Source of the DNA: Microcoleus sp.
GTDB taxonomy: Bacteria > Cyanobacteriota > Cyanobacteriia > Cyanobacteriales > Microcoleaceae
Length of the DNA stretch: 64,000 nucleotides
Direction of reading: 5' to 3'
Assembly (NCBI GenBank): GCA_042408215.1
Contig: JAYFMW010000013.1
Coordinates: forward strand, 24,082-88,081
The notes below the pieces were generated by a model, which searched no databases, had not been told where the DNA came from, and was given only the letters and a program-made list of their open reading frames with translations. Of the stretch, positions 41,645 through 53,557 are shown in pieces (position 1 is the stretch's first letter; each line of letters begins with the position of its first letter). Made by a program: the position numbers and the translations under genes.

Positions 41645-41900
41645 ATTGGGAATGGGGAATTGGGAATGGGGAATTGGGAATTGGGAATTGGGAATTGGGA
41701 ATTGGGAATTGGGAATTGGGAATTGGGAATGGGGAATTGGGAATGGGGAATTGGGAATTGGGAATGGGGAATTGGGAATTGGGAATTGGGAATTGGGAAT
41801 TGGGAATTGGAAGGTGGACATGGGTTATTAAAAAAACTACTAACTACTAACTATTACCGATTACCGATTACCCATTCCCCATTCCCCATTCCCCATGCCC
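41645..41900. repeat. STRR heptamer tract (TTGGGAA/TGGGGAA) with an inverted CCCCATT tract
   Basis: About two dozen heptamers at 41645-41812; complementary tract at 41871-41896. Confidence 0.95.
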
Positions 41901-41915
41901 GATTCCCATCAATAT

Positions 41916-42437
41916 TTAGAAATACACATCAATCTGCGATCGACCTGTGGTTTTCAGCCAATTTTGCACCTCAATGTAATTGTTAGGCGCTAAGCGAATA
42001 GCCTCCTTCCAATAATCCGCAGCCTTATTAAACAGCCCTTCCGCCACTTCCACATTCCCAGATTCCTTTTCCTTTTCTCCTTGATAGTGATAAATCACAG
42101 CAATATTATTCAGGGCTTGTGGCATTCTGGGATTAAGTTCGAGAGCTTGGCTGTAATACTCCAAAGCTTTATCGTGTTCGCCGTTGCTAGTATGGATCAG
42201 CGCCATATTGTACAAGACATAACTGCGATCGTAAGGATCTTCTTCCAGCTTCAGAGCTTCCTCATAATTATCCATTGCTTCAGCATATTCGCCATCTGCT
42301 TGAGCCGACATACCATCCCGGTAATAAGCAAAAGCTTCCTTCGCTTGCTTCTTGGCTGGCATAATCTTGAGGATGATATCAGCCATTACCGTGAAACTTT
42401 TGTCAATAAAGTTATCGTTGCGTTGAGTTCTTGGCAT
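41916..42437 (-). CDS. ycf3: Photosystem I assembly protein Ycf3
   Basis: [29 protein letters not shown] and TPR repeats. Confidence 0.99.
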   Translation of the reverse strand: MPRTQRNDNFIDKSFTVMADIILKIMPAKKQAKEAFAYYRDGMSAQADGEYAEAMDNYEEALKLEEDPYDRSYVLYNMALIHTSNGEHDKALEYYSQALELNPRMPQALNNIAVIYHYQGEKEKESGNVEVAEGLFNKAADYWKEAIRLAPNNYIEVQNWLKTTGRSQIDVYF

Positions 42438-42829
42438 ATGCGATTCTTTGGGTTAGTGGCTAATCTCAAAAATTAGCCTGTAAAGTTTTCCTATTAATAC
42501 TTACGAACAGTTTGGGTTGATAGTTGCGCTGAGTACGCCCAAAAGACTTGTGAGACACAACTGCAAACCTGACAACACGGGCAAGTCCTATCTATTTTAG
42601 ATAACTCTCACAAAACTTGCAAAAAAACATATTTTTTTAAGCTATTTAAAGTTTTATTAAGTTGTCAAAGTTCAGCCAACACTCAAAAGCCGATCGGCTA
42701 ATAATAGCAATATTTTGCCCAAAAGTCAAGGCCAGCTTCAAAAAAAGCAATAAACCTGCGTTTTAAAACCACCTCGAATTCCCACAAACTATAATAAAAA
42801 AATATAGTAATTTTCACAAAGAGAAAGAC

Positions 42830-44134
42830 ATGGCTCCAAATCCCAAGGTTATGCAAGCCGTCAAAGAACTTGGCTACCGCGTTACGGTTGGAGACGTGGC
42901 GGCAAAAGCTGGACTAGATGTCAATTTTGCCCAGCGAGAACTGTTAACCCTCGCCTCCGAAGCAGGCGGCCACCTACAAGTAGCAGAATCCGGCGACATT
43001 GCTTACCTATTTCCCAACAACTTTCCAGATATTTTGCGGAACAAATTCTGGCGATTGCAGTTGCAGGAATGGTGGCAAAAAATCTGGCGTATCCTATTTT
43101 ACCTGATTCGGATATCTTTTGGCATAGTTTTAGTAGCCTCCCTGCTATTAATATTTGTGGCGATCGCGATTTTACTCTCTAGCGGTAGCGACAACAATAA
43201 TGGCGGCGGCGGCTCTGGGGACGACAAGGGCGGAGGCTTTTTCTTCTTTCCCTACTTCTGGAACGACTTAATCTGGCTATTTTACTGGAATCACGACGAA
43301 CCTTCCTACCAAAGGCGATCGCGATTAGCCGGCCAAAAACCCGAAATGAACTTTCTGGAATCAGTGTTCTCATTTCTATTTGGAGACGGCAATCCCAATT
43401 ACAATTTAGAAGAGCGCAAGTGGAGCAACATTGCCGCCGCTATTCGCAACAACAAAGGTGCCGTCGCCGCCGAACAAATAGCCCCCTATCTCGACCAACT
43501 CGGACAGGGATACGCCTTAGAATACGAAGAGTATATGTTACCAGCCCTCGCCCGTTTTGACGGCCGTCCCGAAGTCAGTCCCGAAGGGCAAATAGTCTAC
43601 CACTTCCCGCAATTGCAAACCACAGCCACCGAGAGAAATGCTGAACCAGTAGCAGCTTATTTGCGAGAAATGCTCTGGCGTTTTAGCCAAGCCAGTTCAG
43701 GACAAATCATGCTCGCAGCAGGCTTGGGAGCAGTCAATTTGGTAGGTGCATTAGTTTTGGGCAATTTATTAGCTAAAAGTGCGATCGGCGGTGGATTTAT
43801 TGGTTTAGTCAGCGGTATTTATCCACTGCTGCTGCTCTACGGCGTGGGATTTCTGACAATTCCCCTAATTCGCTACTTCTGGATTCAGTGGAAAAATAGC
43901 AGCATCGAAGCCCGCAATCAAGAGCGACAGCAGCGAGCAATCTTATTAAACGAACCCGATGCTAATTTGCTCCAAAAACTTGCCTATGCTCGCGAATTTG
44001 CAGCAGAAAACGTTTTGAGTGGAGAAGATTTAGCTTATACCACAGAAACAGAATTAACTGAACAAGAACTAGAACAGTCAGCTAAAATAGATGCCGAATG
44101 GCAAAAGCGGATTGGGCGATCGGACAATTTGTAA
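42830..44134 (+). CDS. Conserved cyanobacterial/plastid membrane protein of unknown function
   Basis: GYRVTVGDVA, YLIRISFG, FSFLFGDGNPN and GQIVYHFPQLQ; several hydrophobic segments. Confidence 0.85.
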   Translation: MAPNPKVMQAVKELGYRVTVGDVAAKAGLDVNFAQRELLTLASEAGGHLQVAESGDIAYLFPNNFPDILRNKFWRLQLQEWWQKIWRILFYLIRISFGIVLVASLLLIFVAIAILLSSGSDNNNGGGGSGDDKGGGFFFFPYFWNDLIWLFYWNHDEPSYQRRSRLAGQKPEMNFLESVFSFLFGDGNPNYNLEERKWSNIAAAIRNNKGAVAAEQIAPYLDQLGQGYALEYEEYMLPALARFDGRPEVSPEGQIVYHFPQLQTTATERNAEPVAAYLREMLWRFSQASSGQIMLAAGLGAVNLVGALVLGNLLAKSAIGGGFIGLVSGIYPLLLLYGVGFLTIPLIRYFWIQWKNSSIEARNQERQQRAILLNEPDANLLQKLAYAREFAAENVLSGEDLAYTTETELTEQELEQSAKIDAEWQKRIGRSDNL

Positions 44135-44372
44135 TATATCAGAAGGAAGAAGGAAGAAGGCCCTTCGACTACGCTGGCTGAACCGGGAAGAAGGAAGAAG
44201 GGAAATGCAGTTACAGCAATATTTTCATCCTTCCAAAATGCGATACCATCATTATTTTTTGGTAGGGAAACGGCAATGCCGTTTCCGACTTTCTGATTAG
44301 TCCACGGAGGTGGACTTTGTTTGTGTAGTCGCGGTTTTAACCACCGGAGATTAGAATTCGTGGCTACAAATA

Positions 44373-44639
44373 TCATTTTTTGTGGGAGTCAGAATCTGGT
44401 GTTTTTCTAGTTCTTTTAACAATCTTAGGACGTTTAAAAATCAAAGAATTTTGGTCGTACTTCGAGTCATGGCGGAGAGCCACAAGTTCCCACCCCTCTT
44501 CCCCCAATTCATTGACAAATAGATGCAGCACTCCTTGTTTCCAATCTCGTTTTTCTTCACCGTTGACATATAAACTAATCAGCTTGTTTCCAAAAGGATA
44601 CATATTCGCATCCACCAATAAATACTCCCACTTTTGCAT
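44373..44639 (-). CDS. DUF4177-like small protein
   Basis: MQKWEY...NELGEEGWELV...IFKRPK pattern. Confidence 0.8.
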   Translation of the reverse strand: MQKWEYLLVDANMYPFGNKLISLYVNGEEKRDWKQGVLHLFVNELGEEGWELVALRHDSKYDQNSLIFKRPKIVKRTRKTPDSDSHKK

Positions 44640-44658
44640 AGCAATCCTTAATTGAGTC

Positions 44659-44960
44659 AGTAGTTAGTAGTTAGTAGTTAGTAGTTAGTAGTTAGTAGTT
44701 AGTAGTTAGTAGTTAGTAGTTAGTAGTTAGTAGTTAGTAGTTAGTAGTTGGTGGTTATTTGTGGGTGGTTATTTGTGGGTGGTTGGTGGTTATTTGTGTT
44801 TTTGGGGTTGTTAGTTGTTGGTTATAATAACCAATAACCAATAACCAATAACCAATAACCAATAACCAATAACCAATAACCAACAAAAAATAACCAATAA
44901 CAAATAACAACAAAAAATAACCAATAACAAATAACAAATAACCAATAACAAATAACAAAT
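44659..44960. repeat. STRR heptamer tracts (AGTTAGT; CCAATAA/CAAATAA)
   Basis: Directly visible tandem heptamers. Confidence 0.95.
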
Positions 44961-44969
44961 TCGTACCAA

Positions 44970-46145
44970 TTACTGAACTGCAATTCTCGCTAAAGAAGCG
45001 CCCCGGTAATAGTGCAACAAAATCTGCTGGTAGCCATATCCCTGCCTTGCCAAATTGTACGCCCCCCACTGACTCATGCCCACAGCGTGACCGAAACCTT
45101 TACCAGCAACTTGAAAACCCGTAGGAGGCTGCCCGCCATTCCTCGCACTAAAAATCCCCCCGTATTGAGGAATCACGGTAAAGCGGGTGCTCCTCAAATT
45201 TAGAACTCGACGCAGATCCGCGCCGCTCATTACTCTAGAACCGCCATCTCCGACTACTTTCATCGTAATCACGCTCCCGTAAGCAGTAGTGCGTTCAGGC
45301 TTCATCGAGATCACATTTCCGACACCAGAAATTTTGTTGCTCATTTGATCCCGTGTAAAAGTTTCTTTCCACTGATAAACCGGCGCGCCTTGATCGAAGT
45401 CTGGAACAGCCCGCAGGTAAGGTAGCGGTTCCGTCCAAACATCCTCAACATTCTCAGTATGTCCGCCTGAAGCAGAGTGGAAAACCGCCAATATTATTTG
45501 ACTGTTGTAGGTAAGAACTTGGCCGGCGGTGGCATCCACTGCGGAGTAAGTGCCCGAAGATTCTGTTTGCAGTCCTTTGTAAACCTGGGAAGATTGAGTA
45601 TTGTCTACATCGTAAAGGTCGGTTTCGCTTTTGAGGCGCTGGTGGAGAGCGTAGGAACGGGCGGCGACTGCTTGGGCTTTCAAAGCCTCTTGAGGCCAAT
45701 TGCCACTCATTTCGGCACCGAGAACGCTGTAGAGATACTGTTCGATATCGACGTAGTTGACCGCTGTCAACCCTGATTTTTGGGGAAGTATCAGCGTGCG
45801 GCCCCGATACCATCGATCGCCAATCCAAACATAACCGTTCCCGATCGGCTCGATCCAAATTTGATTGGCCGCCCAGGAGCCGATCGCGACTTTTCCCGAT
45901 CGAAATTGGGCAGACTGGGCGCTGTTTGCGGTTAGTTCGCCCAAATTACGGCCACTACCATCGCGGATTGCAGCTTTAGTAGAGCTGCCAACTTTTACCC
46001 GATCGGCCCCTTCTTGGACTGCAACTCGCAAGATCAGCGCCGCCTGTGCTGGGGCCACCATTACCAGCCAAAACACCAGCGAAATCCAAAAATAGCGTTT
46101 TCCCAAGGTAGAAAGAAGGGAAGCAAAGAACACTCCAGGCTGCAT
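44970..46145 (-). CDS. SpoIID/LytB domain protein
   Basis: Signal peptide, EQYLYSVLGAEM, EALKAQAVAARSYA and GFGHAVGMSQWGA. Confidence 0.95.
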   Translation of the reverse strand: MQPGVFFASLLSTLGKRYFWISLVFWLVMVAPAQAALILRVAVQEGADRVKVGSSTKAAIRDGSGRNLGELTANSAQSAQFRSGKVAIGSWAANQIWIEPIGNGYVWIGDRWYRGRTLILPQKSGLTAVNYVDIEQYLYSVLGAEMSGNWPQEALKAQAVAARSYALHQRLKSETDLYDVDNTQSSQVYKGLQTESSGTYSAVDATAGQVLTYNSQIILAVFHSASGGHTENVEDVWTEPLPYLRAVPDFDQGAPVYQWKETFTRDQMSNKISGVGNVISMKPERTTAYGSVITMKVVGDGGSRVMSGADLRRVLNLRSTRFTVIPQYGGIFSARNGGQPPTGFQVAGKGFGHAVGMSQWGAYNLARQGYGYQQILLHYYRGASLARIAVQ

Positions 46146-46359
46146 TTGATAAATTTCCTCCTGTGCTGTACAAGTTTTAAAATTTTAAAGGAGAAGGGTA
46201 GAAAGAAAACGTTAGAATTGAGTTAAGCAGCGAGCAGATGCTTGCAGGGACGGTGATTGATCTCGATTCCTGTCTGTGACTATTTCCGGGAAGGTCGATC
46301 GGCCTCTCTCTGGATATATTTAACATATTTTTAACAGTTTAATTGAGGTGACTTGAGTC

Positions 46360-47298
46360 TTGCAGATTACATTTCTCGGAACTAGCTCAGGCGTACCCAC
46401 GCGATCGCGCAACGTTTCCAGCATCGCCCTCCGCTTGCCCCAGCGAGCCGAACTCTGGCTATTTGACTGCGGCGAAGGAACCCAGCACCAATTCCTCCGC
46501 AGCGAGCTCAAAGTCAGCCAACTGAGCCGCATATTCATCACTCACCTGCATGGCGACCACATTTTCGGCTTAATGGGTTTGCTGGCTAGCTGCGGTTTAG
46601 CCGGCAATGTCAAGCGCATCGATCTTTATGGGCCTCCGGGACTTGAAGAATATTTGCAAGCTGGTGTTCGCTATTCTCAAACGCATTTTTCATACCCAGT
46701 TAAAGTCCACAAAAGTCACGAGGGAGTCATCTATGAAGATGACGAATATATTGTGAGCTGCGCCCCTTTAAAGCATCGAGTTACTGCTTTTGGCTATCGC
46801 ATAACTGAGAAAGACCGTCCGGGACATTTTGACGTCGAAAAAGCGAAGGCTGTAGGTATTCCGTCGGGGCCGATTTACGGTCAATTAAAACAAGGAAAGA
46901 CGGTCAAGTTATCGGATGGGCGGGAGTTTAAAGGTACTGATTTTTGTGGCCCGGATCAAGTCGGGCGGAAGTTTGTTTACTGTACTGATACGGTTTTTTG
47001 TGACGGGGCGGTGGAATTGGCGAAGGATGCGGACTTGTTGGTGCATGAAGCTACTTTTGCTCATCAAGATGCTCAAATGGCCTTCGATCGCCTGCATTCA
47101 ACTTCGACAATGGCGGCTCAAGTTGCTTTGATTGCTGGGGCGAAACAGTTAATTATGACGCATTTTAGCCCGCGTTATGCTCCGGGAAATGCGATCGTCC
47201 TGGATGATTTGCTCAAGGAAGCCCAGGCTATTTTTCCGAATACAAAAATGGCCTATGACTTTTTGACTTACGAAGTGCCCAGGCCTGTTGAAAAGTAG
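46360..47298 (+). CDS. rnz: Ribonuclease Z
   Basis: [33 protein letters not shown] and HFSPRY. Confidence 0.98.
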   Translation: MQITFLGTSSGVPTRSRNVSSIALRLPQRAELWLFDCGEGTQHQFLRSELKVSQLSRIFITHLHGDHIFGLMGLLASCGLAGNVKRIDLYGPPGLEEYLQAGVRYSQTHFSYPVKVHKSHEGVIYEDDEYIVSCAPLKHRVTAFGYRITEKDRPGHFDVEKAKAVGIPSGPIYGQLKQGKTVKLSDGREFKGTDFCGPDQVGRKFVYCTDTVFCDGAVELAKDADLLVHEATFAHQDAQMAFDRLHSTSTMAAQVALIAGAKQLIMTHFSPRYAPGNAIVLDDLLKEAQAIFPNTKMAYDFLTYEVPRPVEK

Positions 47299-47326
47299 GG
47301 TTAATCTCACATCTTGTACCATTCTC

Positions 47327-47500
47327 AAGAACAGGCATCTTGCCTGTTCCACAATCAAATTGACTCTTTGTGGAACAGGCCGGAAAGCCTGTTGCTGAAA
47401 TTAGACATGAAGCTCTTGTGCAACAGGCCGGAAAGCCTGTTGCTAAAATTAAGGCAACAAAAAAAAGAAGCTCTTGTGGAACAGGCCGGAAAGCCTGTTC
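47327..47500. repeat. Cluster of AACAGGC..GCCTGTT palindromic repeats
   Basis: TGTG(G/C)AACAGGCCGGAAAGCCTGTT x3 plus AACAGGCATCTTGCCTGTTCCAC. Confidence 0.8.
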
Positions 47501-47583
47501 AGAAATTAGGGATTGACACTGCTGTTGTGGAGTGGTTTAAATCTCAAGGTCGTGGTAAAATGGAAAAACGAATTCAATGTTTT

Positions 47584-47802
47584 ATGTCAAATCTTGAATT
47601 ATTAGCCCAACTTCGGCACTTTTCCCGTGCTGATAAATTTCAAATGATGCTGTTTTTAATAGCAGAATTGGCAAAAGAAGAAGGAATTGTCATGGGCAAT
47701 GAATCTGCTGAAATCATGTATTCCGTGCATACCTCTAATAGTGCAGCAGCGCAATTGATGCAGTTACTAGAAACAGAACAAAAACAAACTCAAAATGTTT
47801 AA
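47584..47802 (+). CDS. Small hypothetical (antitoxin-like) protein
   Basis: MSNLELLAQLRHFSRADKFQMMLFLIAELAKEEG; intact paralog of the pseudogene at 10484. Confidence 0.7.
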   Translation: MSNLELLAQLRHFSRADKFQMMLFLIAELAKEEGIVMGNESAEIMYSVHTSNSAAAQLMQLLETEQKQTQNV

Positions 47803-47834
47803 TGCTAGGCGATATTTTTTTCAACCTAAACGAG

Positions 47835-48608
47835 ATGATTACTTCGATTCGATCTAGCGACGGACAAAAAGTTGTGGCGCGAGAGTCGCAAAAGCAGGAT
47901 GGTTCCTTCTTCTGTCCCAAATGCCAGAGTGAAACTATCCTCCGCAAAGGTCTGGTCAAGGTGCATCATTTTGCTCACAAGCCTCCAGTGGCTTGTCAGT
48001 ATGGGCAAGGTGAATCTGAGTTTCATCGGGTATGCAAGCAGACTATTTTTGACTGCTTGAATCAAGATAAAAGCGTGATTGCTTGCGAGTTGGAAAAAGA
48101 TTTAGGCAAGGTTGTTCCCGACATTTACTTTGAGAGCTACACGGTCAAGGTTGCTATCGAGGTTCAGGTTAGCAGCTTGACCATGAGCAAAATAATTTAT
48201 CGGACGAAAGAATATAATCGCTTAGGCATCTATGTTCTTTGGCTGCCAGTTTTCGGCGACGCTCTCGAAGCTGAAAGGTATGCACCAAAGCAGTGGGAAA
48301 AATGGTTGCACGCTGCCTATTATGGTCGGGTTTACTACTGGCTTCATGGTCTGAACGTAGCGGCTGTTCACTTTGACGAGTATCAACTCTGGGTGGAGGA
48401 ATCAGACTGGTATAGTTCAGAGGGTGAGGAGATGTCCGCAGGTGGTTATTTCAAAAAGTCCAAAAGGTATCGCTCGCCCAATCATGGTCTTATTCTAAAT
48501 ATCTTGCAAGATTTTCAACCTACGAGCCGACAAAGTTGGGAAGGGGGAGATATTTCTGTACCTAACTGCAAAATATTGACTGATAAGCACGCTGCTTGGT
48601 GGAAATGA
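47835..48608 (+). CDS. Competence protein CoiA-like nuclease
   Basis: FFCPKC..HHFAHK..GESEFH Zn-site motif; PD..VAIEVQ nuclease motif; GIYVLW. Confidence 0.85.
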   Translation: MITSIRSSDGQKVVARESQKQDGSFFCPKCQSETILRKGLVKVHHFAHKPPVACQYGQGESEFHRVCKQTIFDCLNQDKSVIACELEKDLGKVVPDIYFESYTVKVAIEVQVSSLTMSKIIYRTKEYNRLGIYVLWLPVFGDALEAERYAPKQWEKWLHAAYYGRVYYWLHGLNVAAVHFDEYQLWVEESDWYSSEGEEMSAGGYFKKSKRYRSPNHGLILNILQDFQPTSRQSWEGGDISVPNCKILTDKHAAWWK

Positions 48609-48882
48609 CGATCCGGCAACTCCATAACACAGGCACATTGTCGCCTAAATGCTTAGCCCCCTACGAAAATCTAGGCTTAATCAGGAGCGGGCTAGAGAAG
48701 TCAATTCTTCAATGGAAAATCCCAAATCCCCTTCCCAACGGATCGATCGCCCCCAAGGACTCCTTCGACTGCTTAGCAGGGTCAATGGTTGCTACAATCG
48801 GGAAAGGTAAACGTTGTGGCTAACACTACAGCCCCTAATGCTGCAAACTAAAGCTAATTATTAAAAATCTGCCTCTCCTGCC

Positions 48883-51699
48883 ATGTTTAAAAATCTACTC
48901 GGCGACCCCAACGCACGTAAGCTTAAGAAATTTCAGCCTTGGGTAACAGATATCGCAATCTTAGAAGAAGAAATCCACGCCCTGACTGACGACCAACTCA
49001 GAGGCAAAACCGCTGAGTTTCAAGAACGTCTGGCCAAAGCTAAATCTCTCAACGAAGAGAAAGAGATCCTAGACGAAATCTTGCCAGAAGCTTTTGCAGT
49101 GGTGCGGGAAGCGGGACAGCGGGTTTTAGGAATGCGCCACTTTGATGTCCAACTCCTCGGCGGCATCATCCTGCACAAAGGCCAAATTGCCGAAATGAAA
49201 ACCGGTGAAGGCAAAACTCTCGTAGCCACACTGCCGGCTTACCTCAACGCCCTCAAGGGCAAAGGGGTACACATCATCACCGTCAACGACTACCTCGCGA
49301 GACGGGATGCGGAATGGATGGGACAAGTGCACCGCTTCCTGGGATTGACTGTGGGACTGATTCAGCAGGGCATGGATCCGGTGGAACGCCAGAAAAATTA
49401 TAACTGCGATATTACCTACGCCACGAACAGCGAAGTGGGCTTTGACTATTTGCGGGACAACATGGCTACTGTCATGGAAGATGTCGTGCAGCGTCCTTTT
49501 AATTTCTGCGTGATAGACGAGGTTGACTCGGTGCTGATTGATGAAGCCCGGACGCCTTTGATTATTTCCGGCCAGGTGGAACGCCCTAGCGAGAAGTATC
49601 TGCGGGCGGCTGAGGTGGCCGCTTCCCTGATCAAGGAAAATGAAGAACATTACGAGGTTGACGAAAAGGCTCGGAATGTGCTATTGACCGATGAAGGGTT
49701 TGCAGAAGCTGAGCGGTTGTTGGGAGTTACGGATTTATACGACCCGGCTGACCCTTGGGCGCATTACATTTTTAATGCGATTAAGGCGAAGGAATTGTTT
49801 ATTAAGGATATTAACTACATCGTTAATCTCGACAACGAAGTGGTGATTGTTGACGAGTTTACCGGGCGGGTGATGCCGGGAAGGCGATGGAGTGACGGTT
49901 TGCACCAGGCGATCGAGGCTAAGGAACGGGCGGAAATTCAGCCGGAAACTCAGACGCTGGCGACTATTACTTATCAGAATTTCTTTTTGCTTTATCCGAA
50001 GCTGTCGGGGATGACGGGGACGGCGAAGACGGAAGAGGCGGAGTTTGGCAAGATTTACAATCTGGAAGTGACGCTGATTCCGACCAACCGGATTCCCAGC
50101 CGCCAAGACCTCTCGGATATGGTTTACAAGGCGGAAAATGGTAAGTGGAATGCGATCGCCCAAGAATGCGCCGAAATGCACAACCAAGGCCGCCCGGTGC
50201 TCGTGGGTACTACGAGTGTGGAAAAATCCGAGTTGCTCTCAAGGCTGCTACAGGAACTGAAAATTCCTCACAACTTGCTCAATGCTAAACCGGAAAATGT
50301 GGAGCGGGAGTCGGAAATTATCGCTCAAGCTGGACGCAAGGGTGCTGTGACGATCGCCACTAACATGGCCGGCCGCGGTACTGACATTATTTTGGGCGGT
50401 AATTCCGAGTACATGGGCCGCCTGAAGTTGCGCGAGTATTTTATGCCCCGCATCGTCCGCCCCGACGATGAAGATGGGTTTATCCTGGCCCAAGTCCCTG
50501 GTATTGGCGGTCGCCCCGCAGCTCAAGGTTTTGCTCCGACTACGAAGAAAAAGAAATCTTGGAAGGCTTCGCCCCAGATTTTCCCGACGCAGATCTCGAA
50601 GGAAACCGAGCAAATGTTGAAGGCGGCGGTGGAGTTGGCTGTCAAGGAATACGGCGAGCGATCGCTCTCGGAATTGGAAGCCGATGATAAGATAGCTGTA
50701 GCTTCAGAAAAAGCACCGACCAATGACGAAGTAATTACAAAATTGCGCGAGGCTTACAAGCAAATTCGCCACGAATACGAGGCTTTTACGAGCACTGAAC
50801 ACAATGAAGTGGTGAGCTTGGGAGGGCTCCACGTCATCGGTACAGAACGCCACGAATCGCGCCGGATTGACAATCAGTTGCGCGGCCGCGCGGGACGCCA
50901 AGGCGACCCCGGTTCTACTCGGTTTTTCTTGAGTTTGGAAGACAATTTGCTCAGGATTTTCGGCGGCGAACGGGTGGCCGGTTTGATGAAGGCTTTTGGT
51001 GTTGAGGAAGATATGCCGATCGAATCAGGAATGCTAACTCGTTCCCTCGAAGGCGCTCAGAAAAAAGTCGAAACCTACTATTACGACATCCGCAAACAGG
51101 TGTTTGAATACGACGAAGTGATGAACAATCAACGTCGAGCAATCTATGCCGAACGCCGTCGGGTATTGGAAGGTTTGGACTCCAAAGAACAGGTGATTAA
51201 GTATGCCGAACAGACAATGGACGACATTGTGGGAGCATACATCAATCCCGATTTACCTTCGGAAGAGTGGGAACTCGACAAACTTGTCAGCAAGGTGAAG
51301 GAATTTGTTTATTTGCTGGCTGACATGACACCGGATCAACTAGAAGATTTGTCAGTTGAGGAAATTAAAACTTTCCTGCACGAACAAGTCCGCAATGCTT
51401 ACGATATGAAAGAATCGGAAGTTAATGCAATCCGAGCTGAATTGATGCGAGATGCGGAGCGGTTCTTTATTTTGCAGCAAATTGATACTTTGTGGCGGGA
51501 ACATTTGCAACAAATGGATGCTTTGCGCGAGTCTGTCGGGCTGCGTGGTTACGGCCAAAAAGACCCGTTAATCGAGTACAAAACTGAAGGTTACGAGCTG
51601 TTTTTGGATATGATGACAGATATTCGCCGCAATGTGGTTTATTCGCTGTTCCAATTCCAGCCACAGCCGGCCATGCAAGTTTCGACAGAGGTGGTTTGA
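48883..51699 (+). CDS. secA: Preprotein translocase subunit SecA
   Basis: [25 protein letters not shown] and [18 protein letters not shown]. Confidence 0.99.
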   Translation: MFKNLLGDPNARKLKKFQPWVTDIAILEEEIHALTDDQLRGKTAEFQERLAKAKSLNEEKEILDEILPEAFAVVREAGQRVLGMRHFDVQLLGGIILHKGQIAEMKTGEGKTLVATLPAYLNALKGKGVHIITVNDYLARRDAEWMGQVHRFLGLTVGLIQQGMDPVERQKNYNCDITYATNSEVGFDYLRDNMATVMEDVVQRPFNFCVIDEVDSVLIDEARTPLIISGQVERPSEKYLRAAEVAASLIKENEEHYEVDEKARNVLLTDEGFAEAERLLGVTDLYDPADPWAHYIFNAIKAKELFIKDINYIVNLDNEVVIVDEFTGRVMPGRRWSDGLHQAIEAKERAEIQPETQTLATITYQNFFLLYPKLSGMTGTAKTEEAEFGKIYNLEVTLIPTNRIPSRQDLSDMVYKAENGKWNAIAQECAEMHNQGRPVLVGTTSVEKSELLSRLLQELKIPHNLLNAKPENVERESEIIAQAGRKGAVTIATNMAGRGTDIILGGNSEYMGRLKLREYFMPRIVRPDDEDGFILAQVPGIGGRPAAQGFAPTTKKKKSWKASPQIFPTQISKETEQMLKAAVELAVKEYGERSLSELEADDKIAVASEKAPTNDEVITKLREAYKQIRHEYEAFTSTEHNEVVSLGGLHVIGTERHESRRIDNQLRGRAGRQGDPGSTRFFLSLEDNLLRIFGGERVAGLMKAFGVEEDMPIESGMLTRSLEGAQKKVETYYYDIRKQVFEYDEVMNNQRRAIYAERRRVLEGLDSKEQVIKYAEQTMDDIVGAYINPDLPSEEWELDKLVSKVKEFVYLLADMTPDQLEDLSVEEIKTFLHEQVRNAYDMKESEVNAIRAELMRDAERFFILQQIDTLWREHLQQMDALRESVGLRGYGQKDPLIEYKTEGYELFLDMMTDIRRNVVYSLFQFQPQPAMQVSTEVV

Positions 51700-53068
51700 A
51701 AATAGTTAATCCTTGACAGTTAACAGTTAAAAAAAGGGTAAGGTGGGCAATGCTCACCCAGCCCTGTCCATGCCTAAGTCAAGGGAGTATGTCACCGGAG
51801 ACAATAACAGCAGCAGGGGGTCGGCTGAAAGTGAAACTCATCTCTCAAATCGGTTAACTAAACTGGCTTGTCCTTTACTCCTCATCAGTAGCCTAGCTTC
51901 TGGGACTTGCCATAAGTGAATCTCATCATTTGTATCGCCCATCGCTAGCAGTTTTCCATCTGGACTAAAGGCAATTGACAAACCACTACCCAAGTTTTCA
52001 GCAAAAACAGAAGTAGCTAAATCAGCACCAGCAAAGTTTATTTGATGTAAATTTACATCTGGTAAATAAGCTTGCCAAACCGTTAAATTAGAAAAATCCC
52101 AACTGCTTAAATCTGTCTGTATATGCCGCAGCAGATTAATAACATTCCCAGCCACATATCCCGTTTCCCGTGCTGGCTTTCCTCGCAGAAATGTCAGAAT
52201 GAGATTGAGCTGATTTTCTAGCGATCGCTGGGTTTCAAAACAGGAGATCGGCCGATTGGCAATGGGGTTGAGAATCAGGCGAGATTGAGTATCCCTCACA
52301 TAGTCTTTTGCTTGGGCTTTGAGGAGAGCATGGCTCTTGAAAAGGTCAATTTGAGTAGTAATTATTTCTTGGCATATCTGTTCGATTAACTGTTCTGTCA
52401 TGTATTCCATGACTACGGGTTGTTGAGTAAAGCCACCTGTGGTTTTTTTAATGAGCGATCGCCTTACAAGAGAAGCAAAAGTTTCGAGGAGTTCAGTTGG
52501 CGAGAGTTCCCTTACTAAATCTTTCTGCAATTCTCAAAATGAGACTGGCTCTCGATTGATAGCTAACCAGTACATCAGCTCTTTTTCTCAAGCAGATAGG
52601 CGATTAAACTGTCGGTCTAAGAGATTGCGAATATCATGAAAGACTCACGTAGCTTGGTTTAATAATTCTCGGAAATTAGAAAGACTGCTATCCAATAAAT
52701 CTCGAATAACAGGAGCTAGCATTTTTAATGCCAAGGGATTCCCAGCATAGTGTTCAATCAGAGCTTTCCATTGTGATTCAGACCCTGAAAAATCACCCTT
52801 GACTTGAAAAATTTTCTGTCCTGCTCATGAGGATAAACCAGGCAGTTGTAATGAGCGAACGGGTAAAGTTTCGCCTTCCTGTGCTGCTAGTTCTTTCGGC
52901 TTCTCCCGACTGGTTAACACAAGGGTACTTTTATGGGGGGTTTCTGCGAGACAGCTAAGGAGTTGACCATAACCCTCATAAGAATTAATGCGGGATGCGG
53001 GAAACGAGCGAGACTTTAGTCCTTCCTAGGGAAGCGGCGCGGGGGACTTCAGTCCCCGTGTTCTTTCT

Positions 53069-53476
53069 TTAGTTGGCCGAGTGATGTGGATCTTCTATAT
53101 ATTTTTTTACCACTTCACTACTAATATTACCTGCCGTACTCACAAAATAGCTGCTCGTCCATAAAGATGGCAGCTTTTTTAGTTGCGGGAACTCTGCCCG
53201 CAAATAACGGCTAGAACGACCCTTAAATAATTTAACGACTAACGCAGGGGTATCCGTTGGCTTAACAGCTACAAACAGATGTACATGGTCTGGCGCTAGA
53301 AGTAGCGCCAGAATGTCCCAACCTTTTTCAATTGACAGTTCCAGAAATATTTGGCGGGTTCTAGTTGCCACGTTCCCGATTAGAACTTTCTTGCGGCGCT
53401 TAGGGATAAAGACGAAGTGGTAGTTAAGTAAGAACTTGACGTGGTTGTGGGTTTTGTATTCAGGTAGTGGCAACAT
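53069..53476 (-). CDS. tnpA: IS200-type Y1 transposase
   Basis: YHFVFIPKRRK, PDHVHL, LWTSSYFVST and KKYIE. Confidence 0.93.
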   Translation of the reverse strand: MLPLPEYKTHNHVKFLLNYHFVFIPKRRKKVLIGNVATRTRQIFLELSIEKGWDILALLLAPDHVHLFVAVKPTDTPALVVKLFKGRSSRYLRAEFPQLKKLPSLWTSSYFVSTAGNISSEVVKKYIEDPHHSAN

Positions 53477-53557
53477 AAATATTTTGTCGATCTAGCTTGA
53501 CGTATCCACTCTAGTCGCCTAAGCTAGACAAATCAACCAATCTTCGGGAAAATAGAG

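Noticed and set aside
41630..41986. GNWELGI / FPIPNSQ repeat proteins
   Set aside because: Artefacts of heptamer STRR tracts; the same applies to 44755-45069
47314..47583. N-terminal extension of the 162-aa ORF
   Set aside because: Composed of palindromic repeats and the brnA-like fragment; the real start is probably 47584 by comparison with the paralog
48620..48665. Integron attC site after the CoiA-like gene (CCATAAC...)
   Set aside because: No matching GTT core or convincing stem, and no integrase in the window
51781..51795. Orphan IS605 right end (GGGAGTATGTCAC, same as 17327-17339)
   Set aside because: Only ~13 bp match and the hairpin is missing, too little to call an element, though it may mark the deletion that truncated the WD40 gene
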